A stretch of 64,000 bases of DNA from a virus, in the IMG/VR virus record IMGVR_UViG_3300032893_000008, positions 55,224-119,223 of that record; one strand, 5' to 3'. How positions within the stretch are numbered: position 1 is the stretch's first letter; each line of letters opens with the position of its first letter. The notes under the pieces are model-generated. The model worked only from the letters and a program-made list of their open reading frames with translations, was not told the origin of the DNA and ran no database searches. The translations under genes were made by a program, and so were the position numbers. This document shows positions 28,195 to 38,542 of the stretch, one piece after another.

Positions 28195-29765
28195 TAGGTG
28201 ATATTGAATCCGTAGTAGTTCAGGAACTTGTTCTGGGCTGCGCCGGAATCAAGGAAGTCAGCGATTCCAATGTAGGTAAAGGCTTCGTAGCCAGTGGCCA
28301 CATTGTAGTCGATCACTACTGTATTGTTCACAACACCTACGATTCGTGTTCCTCCGTAAAAAGCTTTGATCCTATCACCGTTGTTAACGGTGGCCGGAGC
28401 GCTCTGGACAACCGTTCCGTTCAGGGGCGTCAGGCTGAAGTAGGTTACTAGATAGAGTGTGCCCGCTCCGGATCCCGGGCCAAATTGTAGATTGATGAAG
28501 TTATTTGTAGAGTTCCCGCGGAAGTAGGGACCAAAGTAACTACCACCTTGTAGGTTGTCTACCGTGATGGTGAAAGCACCATTACCGGATCCGCTATCTT
28601 CTTGCACCATAGCAGCGTTATTGGTCTCGGAAGATGGAGCCACTAGCTCATTGGACGATACGTTCCAGGTGCCGCCGTAGCCAGAATTTATGTCCCAAGT
28701 GCCAGTGCCGAATTGCGCCGGTGTGCCGAATATGCTACCGTCAGCGCGAGTGAACGTGTCGCCGAATTCCGCGTTAGCGAAGTTCTTTTGCAGCCAATCA
28801 TCGAAAGTGACGCCAGCGATACCGCCGCCGCCGGCCCAAATGCCCGTGTGGGTCCCGGTGTTGTTTGCGGTTTCGTGAAGAACGAAAGCGAGCGTGCCAT
28901 TCACCCAAACCGCGATTACGTCGTCGCTATCGGTGTAAGCTTCATAGATCGTATCAGCCGTGCTTGTATGAGCAAAATCTGAAGTTAGTTTAGTAAAAGT
29001 GCCCGCTACGCGCTTCCACACCGATACATTGCCGGCGAATTGGTAGATACCGATGAAATTTTGATCATCTACGCCGCGGATGATCCACATCCAGTTATCG
29101 GTCCCCGGAGTCTGTGGATTGCCGTTTCGAACGCGCCATTTGCCGTTGTTGTTGCCGGTATCCGCTGTCAAGGTGACGTCTCCGGCAGCTACACCCTGCC
29201 CGAGTCCTTTATGACCGCTCACTGATAGGACATCCCAGTCGAGCGATGAGCCGCCGGATGCCACCCATGGCTGGCCACTATCCGCATTACCCACGCCCCC
29301 GCCAACCGGGCGGCTGACGTTATCATAGAAATACGTTGTAGCATTGAAGATAGTGCCAATGCCTGCACTGAACCGAGAGGGCAGTCCCAGACCATAGATG
29401 GTGAAATCAAGACTTCCGATGCCGCCGGCGAATCGAGACGACAGTCCTCGCCCATGGAGCAATTGCGGACTACCCTCGATCGTTTCTCCAGTGACGGACT
29501 TGACATTGTAGACCGTCAGAGAATAGGGATACCCATCGATATGGACCTTATTGACAGTTAGCTGGACCACATAAGGATTGACAGTCTCAACTGAAATCGC
29601 CACCGGTTCTTGCGGATGCAAAGATGCTTGAGAAATCACATAATTGGCAGGATTCAAGGCATCGTCGGTGTCGGCGGGATTCTGTTGAACGACAGGCTCA
29701 CTGAAACACACCACAACCTTGTTGGGTCGGCGAGAGTGCGCTATCACCTTTACAACCGAAAACAC
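28194..29765 (-). CDS. Virion protein with Ig-like and lectin-like repeats
   Basis: VCFSEPV..ALNPANY Ig-like; duplicated D.F.R.D..G..W modules. Confidence 0.55.
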   Translation of the reverse strand: MFSVVKVIAHSRRPNKVVVCFSEPVVQQNPADTDDALNPANYVISQASLHPQEPVAISVETVNPYVVQLTVNKVHIDGYPYSLTVYNVKSVTGETIEGSPQLLHGRGLSSRFAGGIGSLDFTIYGLGLPSRFSAGIGTIFNATTYFYDNVSRPVGGGVGNADSGQPWVASGGSSLDWDVLSVSGHKGLGQGVAAGDVTLTADTGNNNGKWRVRNGNPQTPGTDNWMWIIRGVDDQNFIGIYQFAGNVSVWKRVAGTFTKLTSDFAHTSTADTIYEAYTDSDDVIAVWVNGTLAFVLHETANNTGTHTGIWAGGGGIAGVTFDDWLQKNFANAEFGDTFTRADGSIFGTPAQFGTGTWDINSGYGGTWNVSSNELVAPSSETNNAAMVQEDSGSGNGAFTITVDNLQGGSYFGPYFRGNSTNNFINLQFGPGSGAGTLYLVTYFSLTPLNGTVVQSAPATVNNGDRIKAFYGGTRIVGVVNNTVVIDYNVATGYEAFTYIGIADFLDSGAAQNKFLNYYGFNIT

Positions 29766-29778
29766 CAGCTAAATCCTT

Positions 29779-30195
29779 TTAAAATTTGAAGATTCGATTT
29801 GCGCCGTTGTCTAGCGTAACGTTAATGTCTCCGCCGTTCGGCGTAACCGGAAGGCCGGCATAGTCGTCGTGATAGGAGATCAGTGCACTAGTGCCGGCGA
29901 CGCCAGTGTCAACGTAAAATACGATTGCTCCGCAGGCCGGTCCGGCGGCTACCGAGGTAAAAGTGAAATCGCTAGCGTCGAAGACGCCCCCAGTGGTAGT
30001 CTTACCACTCAAGTTGGGGCTGAAAGCCACGCGATCCCCGGCGGAAATGTCGCTCAGGAACTGATGAGTTGCAGCATTGACAACGTAATGACCGCCGCCA
30101 GTGAGCACCAGGACGGCTTTAACGTTGACTGCCCGAAGGTCGATTTGACCGTCCAGAAAAAGTTCGCGGGTTTTATCGTAAGCTTGTGCGGCCAT
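29779..30195 (-). CDS. Small tail/virion structural protein
   Basis: LSGKT..GVFDASD.TF..LPVTPNGGDI; GGTAAAAT upstream. Confidence 0.65.
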   Translation of the reverse strand: MAAQAYDKTRELFLDGQIDLRAVNVKAVLVLTGGGHYVVNAATHQFLSDISAGDRVAFSPNLSGKTTTGGVFDASDFTFTSVAAGPACGAIVFYVDTGVAGTSALISYHDDYAGLPVTPNGGDINVTLDNGANRIFKF

Positions 30196-30209
30196 GGGGG
30201 TATTTTACC

Positions 30210-33200
30210 TTACGTGACGGTGATATCGGATTCAAGTGCGATCGCTTTTTCGTTGTCGTGAATAACGATACGCTCCGTGGTGGGGGAAGGATAGACCATC
30301 GCTACCGACTGAACGCCAGCGATCTGCTGAATCCGGGAGATGATCTCCGAGATGATGACGTCGTCTCCGACGCCCAAACTAGCGATGTAGCCCAGAATCG
30401 CAGACTTGATCGTCTGGCTTAGGGTATTGGTGGATAGGCCGGTTACAGGTTTGACGGCGACCGAGATTGCCACACGACGAATTTCCGGCGGTAGCGCTTC
30501 GATCTGGACACCAGCGGCCTTAACGCCAGGGAAGTTGACCTGGTCAGGATCGTAGCCGTCCATCACTCGATGAACCCGCTGAAGCAGGCCCGTCCAGTAT
30601 TTGTAGCCGTCAACACCCACCTGATCCGCAATTGGAAATCCCAGTTTGTTCCGGGCGATGAGCTGAGTGCCGTTAGCGGCAGCAAATCGATCAGCATCAT
30701 CCGTTCCGGTGATCCACAGTAGGCTTTCCGTCGGATCGTTGTAGTTGGGGGTAACCATATTTACGGTGCGATAAGTAGAATAGGGCGTTCCCTCCAGGAC
30801 TAGGAAGCTAGCGGCATTGGAGCCAAGCGTGATGCTGGGATTCAACGTTGTAGTCGAATTGGAGACGTAAACGAATTGATCCCCGCTTGTGCTATCCCGC
30901 CCATGGCCCTCGATGGTCCATCGCCCCTGCCAGGGCTGCGGGAACCAGGTGGGCGAAGGAAGTGCCTCGATCGAGACTTGATCGCTAGACATGGCAGAAT
31001 TCGGGCCCCAAAATTGCAAGAGTCCGCCGGCGCCACTGACGACCGTCCGAATCTCGCCCAAGAAATCACCAGAGCCAACAGGGTCATCCACGAGATTGGC
31101 GGGGCCATCATCGATCGCCGCCGAGTTCTCAACAACGAAAGAGGTGTCGTCGACCTCCACTACCCGGAAACGTCCGACGTTGCGGGAATCGAAACCACCG
31201 GAAGAGCCGGAGGCAACATCAACCCAGAAGCCAGGCTTGATGCCACGGGTGGCGAATTTAGGGTCCTTAGTGCCACCACCGAGGTAGCGGAAGCGCGTGA
31301 ATCGAGAATTGAGCTTCTCCACTAGAATGGGCTGAGTGCCATCCGCTCTGAGGTTCGGATGATAGAAGAACGGCGTCTTGGCGACCATATCCGTAGCGCC
31401 AGGGGTGATGCCGACTTCGTTCGTCGCTTCGGGGTTGATGACCGTGATCACGGTCGGCGTTACTGCCGTTACCAAGAACGTCCCGCGGTTAGCGGCCGCG
31501 AAGGCAGTGCCGGATACCTTGAGTTCGTCACCTACCACCGCTGGCGAAAAATCGGAAACGCCGGCGGTGCGTGAATAGGTAGCCGTGCCATCAACGTTGG
31601 CAACAACTGAGAAAGTGCTCGCGCCGACATTCAGAGTCGGACGATCACCCAAAGTCATGCGCTTGTAAGGATTCGTGCCACCCGGGGTTGAGACCGCTAC
31701 GACCGTATTGTAGTCGTAAGTGTTGATTTCTTTTGCCCCAAAACGATTTTCCAGCTTGACAATTTGCCCCCGATGGAATCCATAGCTCGTCGACGCAGGG
31801 AGCGTTACGCGAGTGGAAAGCACATCGATGCCAGCTACTTTCGTAATGGCTGCGGTAATTGCGTTACCGTAACCGCCGGTGACGAAAATCGAACCCGCCG
31901 ATCCCACCTGGAGAGAGGCGATCTGCACTGATTCCGCATCATTGGAACGCTGAATCAGTGCCACTTCGCTGAGGCCCGAAATGGACTTTTTGTTCAGGTG
32001 ATCCACGACGTTCTTAGCGTGCACGGGAATCAGCTTGAAATATTCACCAACCGTAGCATCTTTGTTGGGCGCTGTGCCGAAATCGTAGATCACGCCCCCG
32101 TCCAGGACCTGCTGCTCGGTCAGCTGACGCTTGAGCGTGAAACTGGGCGGTCCGGGACTGGCGAAGGAGTCAATCCAGTTCTCACCATCCACCAGTGAAG
32201 CGTAGACAGCGTTGATGGCGGCATCGTCCCGGCTACTCTTTGCGATAACGCCAGAACCATCGTTGAGCGTGCCAAATGGATCCTGGGTCGTGAGAACGGC
32301 TTCGATGATCGCAGAAGATTGAGGGCCATTGTTTACTGCAGCGACTACGTCTGCAGCGGTATTCTGAGCTAGGGGGTAAATTACCAGGGCACTGGCGATG
32401 CCAAGCGCGAGCGGGCCTTCGTTTACTGGAGATCCGTTATTCAAGATCGTGATAGACGTAGGCGTTACGTTCGTGATGAGGAAGGTTCCGTTGTTGTCAG
32501 GCGAAAAGTTAGCGGAATTGATGGTAGCGATGTCGCCAACAACTACACCAGAAGCTACGAAGTCGGGGGTGACGTCACCGCCACCGGTATTGCCCCAATC
32601 ATAAGTGACAGAAGAGCCGAAGGAAGTGATATTGAACGTCGTGAGCGCTGTCCAAGCGCCGGTGCGAGCGGCGCCGGATCCAAAGGTCACTAGAACAATC
32701 ACATCCACTTCTTCGCTGGAATACGTGCTGACGCTAGTCGAGACGCTCTGACTGGGCGCCGTTGGATAATCGTAACCGATTCCGATGCTATTACCGTTAG
32801 GTCCGAAGGTCGTTGCGTGATAGCAGATAGCGTTCTTGGAGCCGGTTGGGTTGAGAACTTGGTGCGCTCGGAACCAAACCTTGTAGTCAGCGAAGTCGTG
32901 GGTATTCCACACGGAATCGGCGAACGTGGTGACGGTTGCTGCATCCAGATCTTTACCGGAGAACGTAGTGGAGCTGGCGGACGTAGTTTGACCGTTTCGC
33001 ACCAGAGGGATGTTGAAGGTCTTCTCTACTTCATCACCATCCACGACCAGGACGAGATTATCCGACTGGTCAAAATCGAACGGATAGAACTGAGCGTAGA
33101 GATCTCCGACTTCCAGGGGGGCGAGCACTTCTGGCGCCACTACTCGACTAGAGCCCAAGGCGGTATAGACGTTGTCACGTAGGGTCAAAACCGTAGGCGT

Positions 33201-36044
33201 GCCGGGATCTTGGCCCCGGACAAACATCCGGACGGAGTTGTTATTGCTCGGAAGGTGCGAGGAACCGGTGCGGTTGAAGTATTTCACCCACTGGTTGGGC
33301 GTGGACACATCCGACGGCGACGGGTAGCCCACATTACGAGCGGAGTCGGTTAGCGTCAGGAATGGCGCGGCCGCGTCGTTCGTGGTGATCGATCCCTTGC
33401 CGATATCCACCGGGAAGCCAAGCTCGGAAGCAGACTCGACGGCGGCAATGGATGGCGCCTGGTTAGTAGCGGATGCGTTCGAAAAATCAAGACGATCGGT
33501 GGCTGACCACTCTACAGAGACAGGCACCTGGATGGATCCACCAGATGCGTAACGATTGGTGGTAATCATTACGCCTATCGAAGAAGCGGTAGTGATAGCG
33601 GTAGCGGTAGCGCCCGTGATCGCATCGTTTATTTGCTGTGCGGCGGAGGAAATCAACGTGCCGGCATTATCAGCGAAAGCAACCTTCTGCGGAACTACCG
33701 TAGAGCTGAACGCCTGGATGTCGATATTTTCCAGAACGTTGAAGACGGCCACTCCACCGTTGGCGTTCTCGACTTCGAACCACGTGCCGGCGCCACCAAC
33801 ATTAATGACCCGGAAGATACCTTCATTCGCGGCAGCTTGGCGTGCTACGACTACGTAATCGCCAACAACGAGATTGTTGAAGACCTTGTCCGTCGCTGCC
33901 GTGCCGGCAGTATCCGTATAGCGCCAGACGTCGCCAGCGGTGTTGGAAGTTGTGATCTGGGTAACGCCTGGCTTGAGAGGCACTGAACGCACAACGGCCG
34001 TGCCGTCGACGACGATGTAGATGGCCGCTGGTCGTGCACCAGGGCCGGCGGCTAGATTGAAGTTTCCGTCATTGTCAACATCGAGTGCAAGGAGGCTACC
34101 GCGGGTAAGAGCCGTGCCGGCCGAAAGCTTGTCGTTCGCGACGAGAGGCGATGCCAGTTCGATCTGACCAGAAAAGCGGTTCAGGGCGTATTCGGATGCC
34201 TTGCCTACTTGAGCGGTAGTATCCCATCCCTGGGCGGTAGCCAAATTGCCGCCGCCATCTGCTACGGGGATAACGTGAATCTTGGAATCGGGAGAAGTTA
34301 GGATATCCGACGTCAGGACAAGCCGATCGCCATCCGCAGCGAATTTCGCACCGCTAATCGCTTGATTCAGGACAGTAACCCACTGGGCGACCGAAGCAGT
34401 ATTGATTGTAACGCCCAGGTCCAAGAAGGACTCGACGTCCGTGAGGGTGACGTAGGAAGCGCCGTTGAAAGACACTTCCAGGGAGTTCGTGCCGACACGG
34501 ATCCAGAGACGAGGCTTGCCGTTTACGTCAACCGTAAGCACCGAAGGATCCGTAATGCCGGACCACGTATCGATATCGCCCGTTTCAGAGCGAGCTGTAG
34601 CGCCGTCCTTGGACAGGAGGACATCGTTGAGGTAGAGTTTGAGGGTGTCGGCCTCGTCTGTCGGGAAGCTAAGGATGTCATTCGCCCCACCGACGACCAC
34701 CTGGATACTCTCGTCCTCTTTGCCGGCCGGGAAGATAACCACCTGGCTCTGGCCATTCGCAGTGCGCGCACTGATGACTGCGGACTTGGAGTTGATCGCT
34801 TCAGCAACCTCGATCGCGGTCGCTGCAGACGGCACGCTAAAATCCGCCGAATCAAGCGCTACAGTCGTAGCAATGCCATTTACCTTGACAGTAAGGATGC
34901 CACCGGTCGTAAAGTCGAACGGCTGGGACTTAGTGCTCGTAACCTGGGCCCGGATAACAGGGTAGTTACCGAGCTGAAAGAAGGTTTCAGTCCCTGCGGC
35001 CGCATCGATGAGGCTTTCTTCACCGGTGCCGGCGTAGGACGGCTCGAAACCAGTGCCGTCATCAACGAAGAGCTGTCCGTAGTCACCCGGTTTAGTAGGT
35101 TGCACCAGACTGGCAGAAACGACGCGCTTGTTGTCATCCGGATCAAAAAGTCCGAGGATTGCCGACAGAATCGAGTTAGGCGTGCCTTTGGAAAGCCCCT
35201 GGACATGGTCTTTGATACGTTGCCGGAGGGCGTCATCGGTCTCAACATCCTTGGCGTTATTGAACTTCGCGGCGTTAGTAACGGTAGCGCCAGCGAAAGG
35301 GATGCTAGAGAACTGACTAATGTAGCCGAGTGGTGCGTTACCGGTCGTGCCGGGGACGTCGCACTGCACCAAGATGTTGTCAAGGTGGTCTTCACCGTCA
35401 AGGAGGACTGCATCCACCTGGGTAGTGAACGACACAGCTGGACTGGAGTTGCTGGCTGGAATCTGCACCTTGGAGCCGCGGGGAACGGTCCGGTTACCCC
35501 CCTGGGCCTTGATCACGGTCTCATTGACGTTGTGGTTATTCGCCAGAGGGGCGGTCAAGGTGATCGTGCTGAAAGCTGCCCCCGGAGCCACGGAGGCAAT
35601 GGTGAACGGCCCCTCAGCATTGTTGGTGCCGCGGCCGATGTAGATCTGGTTGCCGTTAGCGAAACCAGTGGTGGAGTTGACTTTCAGGACTAGATCGCCG
35701 GCGATCGGCGGGTTAGAGCCGACGTAGACATTCGTGAACACCTTCGTGAAGGAAGAGTCACTTACCCGAATAAATCCACTGGCATTTGTGGCCGGCTGGG
35801 GGGCATCATCCAGGCCGAACTGGTGCGCGACCTTTACCAGGTCTGTCCCGGTGGCGAAGTCGACGGAAGCGTCGTCCAGGAGCTGAACGAGAGCAGCCAT
35901 CTGCTCGTAGTCGTTCTGGGCCGCCGCTTCGAGCATCGTTAGGATGACCGAGCCTTTGTGCATGTCGTTCACGCCGGTGATAGCCATCACCTTGCGGATC
36001 ATTGCACCGAGAAGTTCGCTGTAGGATTTGACCTGGACCGCCAT
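30210..36044 (-). CDS. Very large baseplate J-like (wedge) protein, 1944 aa
   Basis: ATGTDL..A..FGL, ETDDALRQRI, GTPNSI, C-terminal KAAGVQIE..LGVGDDVIISEII..I.GV. Confidence 0.85.
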   Translation of the reverse strand: MAVQVKSYSELLGAMIRKVMAITGVNDMHKGSVILTMLEAAAQNDYEQMAALVQLLDDASVDFATGTDLVKVAHQFGLDDAPQPATNASGFIRVSDSSFTKVFTNVYVGSNPPIAGDLVLKVNSTTGFANGNQIYIGRGTNNAEGPFTIASVAPGAAFSTITLTAPLANNHNVNETVIKAQGGNRTVPRGSKVQIPASNSSPAVSFTTQVDAVLLDGEDHLDNILVQCDVPGTTGNAPLGYISQFSSIPFAGATVTNAAKFNNAKDVETDDALRQRIKDHVQGLSKGTPNSILSAILGLFDPDDNKRVVSASLVQPTKPGDYGQLFVDDGTGFEPSYAGTGEESLIDAAAGTETFFQLGNYPVIRAQVTSTKSQPFDFTTGGILTVKVNGIATTVALDSADFSVPSAATAIEVAEAINSKSAVISARTANGQSQVVIFPAGKEDESIQVVVGGANDILSFPTDEADTLKLYLNDVLLSKDGATARSETGDIDTWSGITDPSVLTVDVNGKPRLWIRVGTNSLEVSFNGASYVTLTDVESFLDLGVTINTASVAQWVTVLNQAISGAKFAADGDRLVLTSDILTSPDSKIHVIPVADGGGNLATAQGWDTTAQVGKASEYALNRFSGQIELASPLVANDKLSAGTALTRGSLLALDVDNDGNFNLAAGPGARPAAIYIVVDGTAVVRSVPLKPGVTQITTSNTAGDVWRYTDTAGTAATDKVFNNLVVGDYVVVARQAAANEGIFRVINVGGAGTWFEVENANGGVAVFNVLENIDIQAFSSTVVPQKVAFADNAGTLISSAAQQINDAITGATATAITTASSIGVMITTNRYASGGSIQVPVSVEWSATDRLDFSNASATNQAPSIAAVESASELGFPVDIGKGSITTNDAAAPFLTLTDSARNVGYPSPSDVSTPNQWVKYFNRTGSSHLPSNNNSVRMFVRGQDPGTPTVLTLRDNVYTALGSSRVVAPEVLAPLEVGDLYAQFYPFDFDQSDNLVLVVDGDEVEKTFNIPLVRNGQTTSASSTTFSGKDLDAATVTTFADSVWNTHDFADYKVWFRAHQVLNPTGSKNAICYHATTFGPNGNSIGIGYDYPTAPSQSVSTSVSTYSSEEVDVIVLVTFGSGAARTGAWTALTTFNITSFGSSVTYDWGNTGGGDVTPDFVASGVVVGDIATINSANFSPDNNGTFLITNVTPTSITILNNGSPVNEGPLALGIASALVIYPLAQNTAADVVAAVNNGPQSSAIIEAVLTTQDPFGTLNDGSGVIAKSSRDDAAINAVYASLVDGENWIDSFASPGPPSFTLKRQLTEQQVLDGGVIYDFGTAPNKDATVGEYFKLIPVHAKNVVDHLNKKSISGLSEVALIQRSNDAESVQIASLQVGSAGSIFVTGGYGNAITAAITKVAGIDVLSTRVTLPASTSYGFHRGQIVKLENRFGAKEINTYDYNTVVAVSTPGGTNPYKRMTLGDRPTLNVGASTFSVVANVDGTATYSRTAGVSDFSPAVVGDELKVSGTAFAAANRGTFLVTAVTPTVITVINPEATNEVGITPGATDMVAKTPFFYHPNLRADGTQPILVEKLNSRFTRFRYLGGGTKDPKFATRGIKPGFWVDVASGSSGGFDSRNVGRFRVVEVDDTSFVVENSAAIDDGPANLVDDPVGSGDFLGEIRTVVSGAGGLLQFWGPNSAMSSDQVSIEALPSPTWFPQPWQGRWTIEGHGRDSTSGDQFVYVSNSTTTLNPSITLGSNAASFLVLEGTPYSTYRTVNMVTPNYNDPTESLLWITGTDDADRFAAANGTQLIARNKLGFPIADQVGVDGYKYWTGLLQRVHRVMDGYDPDQVNFPGVKAAGVQIEALPPEIRRVAISVAVKPVTGLSTNTLSQTIKSAILGYIASLGVGDDVIISEIISRIQQIAGVQSVAMVYPSPTTERIVIHDNEKAIALESDITVT

Positions 36045-36049
36045 GACCG

Positions 36050-38521
36050 TTATTGTAGCGTAAACGAGAGGGGAATGATGTCCGAACCGCTCGCAACCTT
36101 CACGGTCATGTTCAGGCGGACTGCATCAGCATCGAAAGTGATGGTCATGCTCGGGATTGATTCGAATCGATCGTCCGAAAGGATCGAGTTCTCGATGATC
36201 GACCGGATCGTGTTCCCGGATCGTTCAACCGTCCCGACTTGCAACCCAAGCCCCTTATCCTGGTGATGCAGCAATGACCCCTTTTCGATCGTAAGTCCTA
36301 GTTTTACCGCTTGAATTGCGTTCGTCACTCCCGTAGCGAGCTGGAAGTCACCAGAGGCGCTCAGGGCGATGTCGAAATTCGGTGTCAAGAGAAGATCCAC
36401 CCCCATGGCTTTCTGTTGACGATTGAGCCGCTGGGTCGCCGGGATGACGCGAGTATCCGGAACGGCATCCCCTGGTCGTTTGCCGGGCGTCGGAATCACG
36501 ATCATTTTCGAGGAGTTAACGGTGTTGGGCGCATACCCCTTTGCTTTGGCATTCTTACTGACCGTGTAATTCCCGAGATCGGGATTCCCGTCCACCTGGA
36601 TCGACCAAGATCCCGACGGGAGCTTGCGAATCCCAGTAACATATCGATGAGAAGCCGGCATCGTCAGGGACGAGATGAAAATTTCCTGTCCGACGAAAAA
36701 CTGGCCGGCATTTGCTACCAGGAAACTGTTGCCAGAACCACTGGAGGAGAGGAAGACTTCGAAGCCAGTCTCGTCGATGTAGGGCGGCTGCAGGCCATTC
36801 GCGATCGCGATTTCCAGCCAGCGGTCCGGGCTGCCGAGGTAGGTAGCAGCCAGACTTTCCAGAGTGCCACCGGCCGGGAAGGGCACCGGGAACCCTGTGC
36901 TAGAGGAAATGATGGAGACGTCAGGGTTGTTAGCATTGGACTGTGCCCGAAGGAATGGATCGCTCGTCCTGACGCCAGCGAGATCCCGCGTGGCCGAAAG
37001 GGTGTCGGTGACCGCCACCAGGGAGGAAAGCTGCTGGAGCGTCAGGTAGTCTTCGGGCTCCGGATCACGAAGCTTTGGTCCCGGGGTGCGGCCACTGATT
37101 GCGTCGACCGTGGCGTCGTTGAGTCCCAGGAAGTCCGAGAACGCATCCCGGGCGGCTTCAAATCGAGCGCGCATCGCATCCAGGTCGCCAACAGTAAGTT
37201 GTGACGCTTTCGTGAGAGCATTCGAAACTACGGCCTGTTCGTCCGCAGACAAGTGAATCCGGGAGATCGGAATCTGACCCAAAAGATCGACCATACGCAA
37301 ACGCTGTTCCAGGGTGCGTAGCGGATTGGAGAAGTCTCGCGCCTGTTGATTGGCGTAGTTGTTGGAGTTCGGGTCGCCCGCTACCGGCTGTCTCGTGGGG
37401 TTCGTAGCGTCGCTGACGCTCGTAGTCAAGACTCCGATCAGCGTAGGATCTCCTGTAGCTTCTGCAAGCTGCAGGAGGGAATCCCTCAGCTCATTGCCCT
37501 TGAGGGCCACTAGCCCCGTGGGCCCGTCGATATCCGCCCAGGACTGGATCACGCCATTGATGCCTTTGATCAACAGAGTGGCGGAGTTGACGGCGCCGAT
37601 GAGGTTGTCGAAGTCTGCGATCGCACTTCGAAGAACGTCCTGCGCGGCCGCGATCGTAGATCGCGCCGCCAAGAGAGCGTTCATTGCTTTCGTCAGTTCG
37701 CTCGGCGAAGGAGAGCCGCTGAAGCCCGTAGCCGATACGCCCCTCAGACCCTGCGAATGAGCGAGATCCCACGCCTTCAGGCTGATGCGGTAGCGGGTAA
37801 TGTGCGGATCGTTGGCGTCTTTGGTGGTGTCGAACGTCTGGGGTGTGACGCCGTAGTTAACGCCATTTTTGCGATCCAGAAAGACCAGGCGAGCTAGGCG
37901 TGAATCAACATCCCCGTCAACGCTACGCTTCATCTCCGCATAAGCAACGAGGTAGTTCAGGAAATCATTGATCTTTTTGTGACCAAGTTCCTCTAGGTCC
38001 GCGTTTGCGATACCGCTTAGTAGTTCTGGCGACAGCCCCGGGATCTGTGCGCCCGCGCGAATGGTAGTTCCGAGGGCGCCGAGGGTGTTGACGAGCGCGC
38101 TCGATGCCGAAAGGAGTCCGGGGTAGCTGAATTGATTCTGCGGAGACAAAGACCGGAGGTCCTGGTTCGTTACCACTTGGGAAGAGAGGACTTTAGCCTT
38201 CCGGGCGGATACGCCGAAGGTGCCGCTGATTGCGATTTGACGGAAAACTACGCCATTATTCTCCTCCACGATTCCGTCGGAAGAGGCCGTATTGGATATG
38301 GCAAACGGAATAGAAACCTGGACCGACTGCGGATTGACCGGGAGAACAAATTCAGAAAAATCAGGATGTTCGTTGGTAATGTCTATTTCGCCGGTCTCTG
38401 GGTCAGCCATGACGACCTTAAACGAATAGAGCCCGCCGGCGTTCAGATCCCAAGTGTCCGTCGGAGCTGAATACAGCTTCCGCGGTAGTTTCTCGGGTGA
38501 CGTGAACTTAGCGACCGACAT
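36050..38521 (-). CDS. Baseplate fusion: tube-initiator-like + LysM-like + gp25-like
   Basis: FVLPVNPQSV N-terminus; GGTLESLAATYLGSPDRWLEIAIANGL; NAIQAVKL..EKGSLLHH..G. Confidence 0.65.
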   Translation of the reverse strand: MSVAKFTSPEKLPRKLYSAPTDTWDLNAGGLYSFKVVMADPETGEIDITNEHPDFSEFVLPVNPQSVQVSIPFAISNTASSDGIVEENNGVVFRQIAISGTFGVSARKAKVLSSQVVTNQDLRSLSPQNQFSYPGLLSASSALVNTLGALGTTIRAGAQIPGLSPELLSGIANADLEELGHKKINDFLNYLVAYAEMKRSVDGDVDSRLARLVFLDRKNGVNYGVTPQTFDTTKDANDPHITRYRISLKAWDLAHSQGLRGVSATGFSGSPSPSELTKAMNALLAARSTIAAAQDVLRSAIADFDNLIGAVNSATLLIKGINGVIQSWADIDGPTGLVALKGNELRDSLLQLAEATGDPTLIGVLTTSVSDATNPTRQPVAGDPNSNNYANQQARDFSNPLRTLEQRLRMVDLLGQIPISRIHLSADEQAVVSNALTKASQLTVGDLDAMRARFEAARDAFSDFLGLNDATVDAISGRTPGPKLRDPEPEDYLTLQQLSSLVAVTDTLSATRDLAGVRTSDPFLRAQSNANNPDVSIISSSTGFPVPFPAGGTLESLAATYLGSPDRWLEIAIANGLQPPYIDETGFEVFLSSSGSGNSFLVANAGQFFVGQEIFISSLTMPASHRYVTGIRKLPSGSWSIQVDGNPDLGNYTVSKNAKAKGYAPNTVNSSKMIVIPTPGKRPGDAVPDTRVIPATQRLNRQQKAMGVDLLLTPNFDIALSASGDFQLATGVTNAIQAVKLGLTIEKGSLLHHQDKGLGLQVGTVERSGNTIRSIIENSILSDDRFESIPSMTITFDADAVRLNMTVKVASGSDIIPLSFTLQ

Positions 38522-38542
38522 ACGGTAATTTTACCCCGAGGG

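Noticed and set aside
34362-35693. 443-aa + strand ORF (and similar shadows at 36311-37204 and 61301-62251)
   Set aside because: Antisense to well-supported genes; no recognisable motifs or start signals
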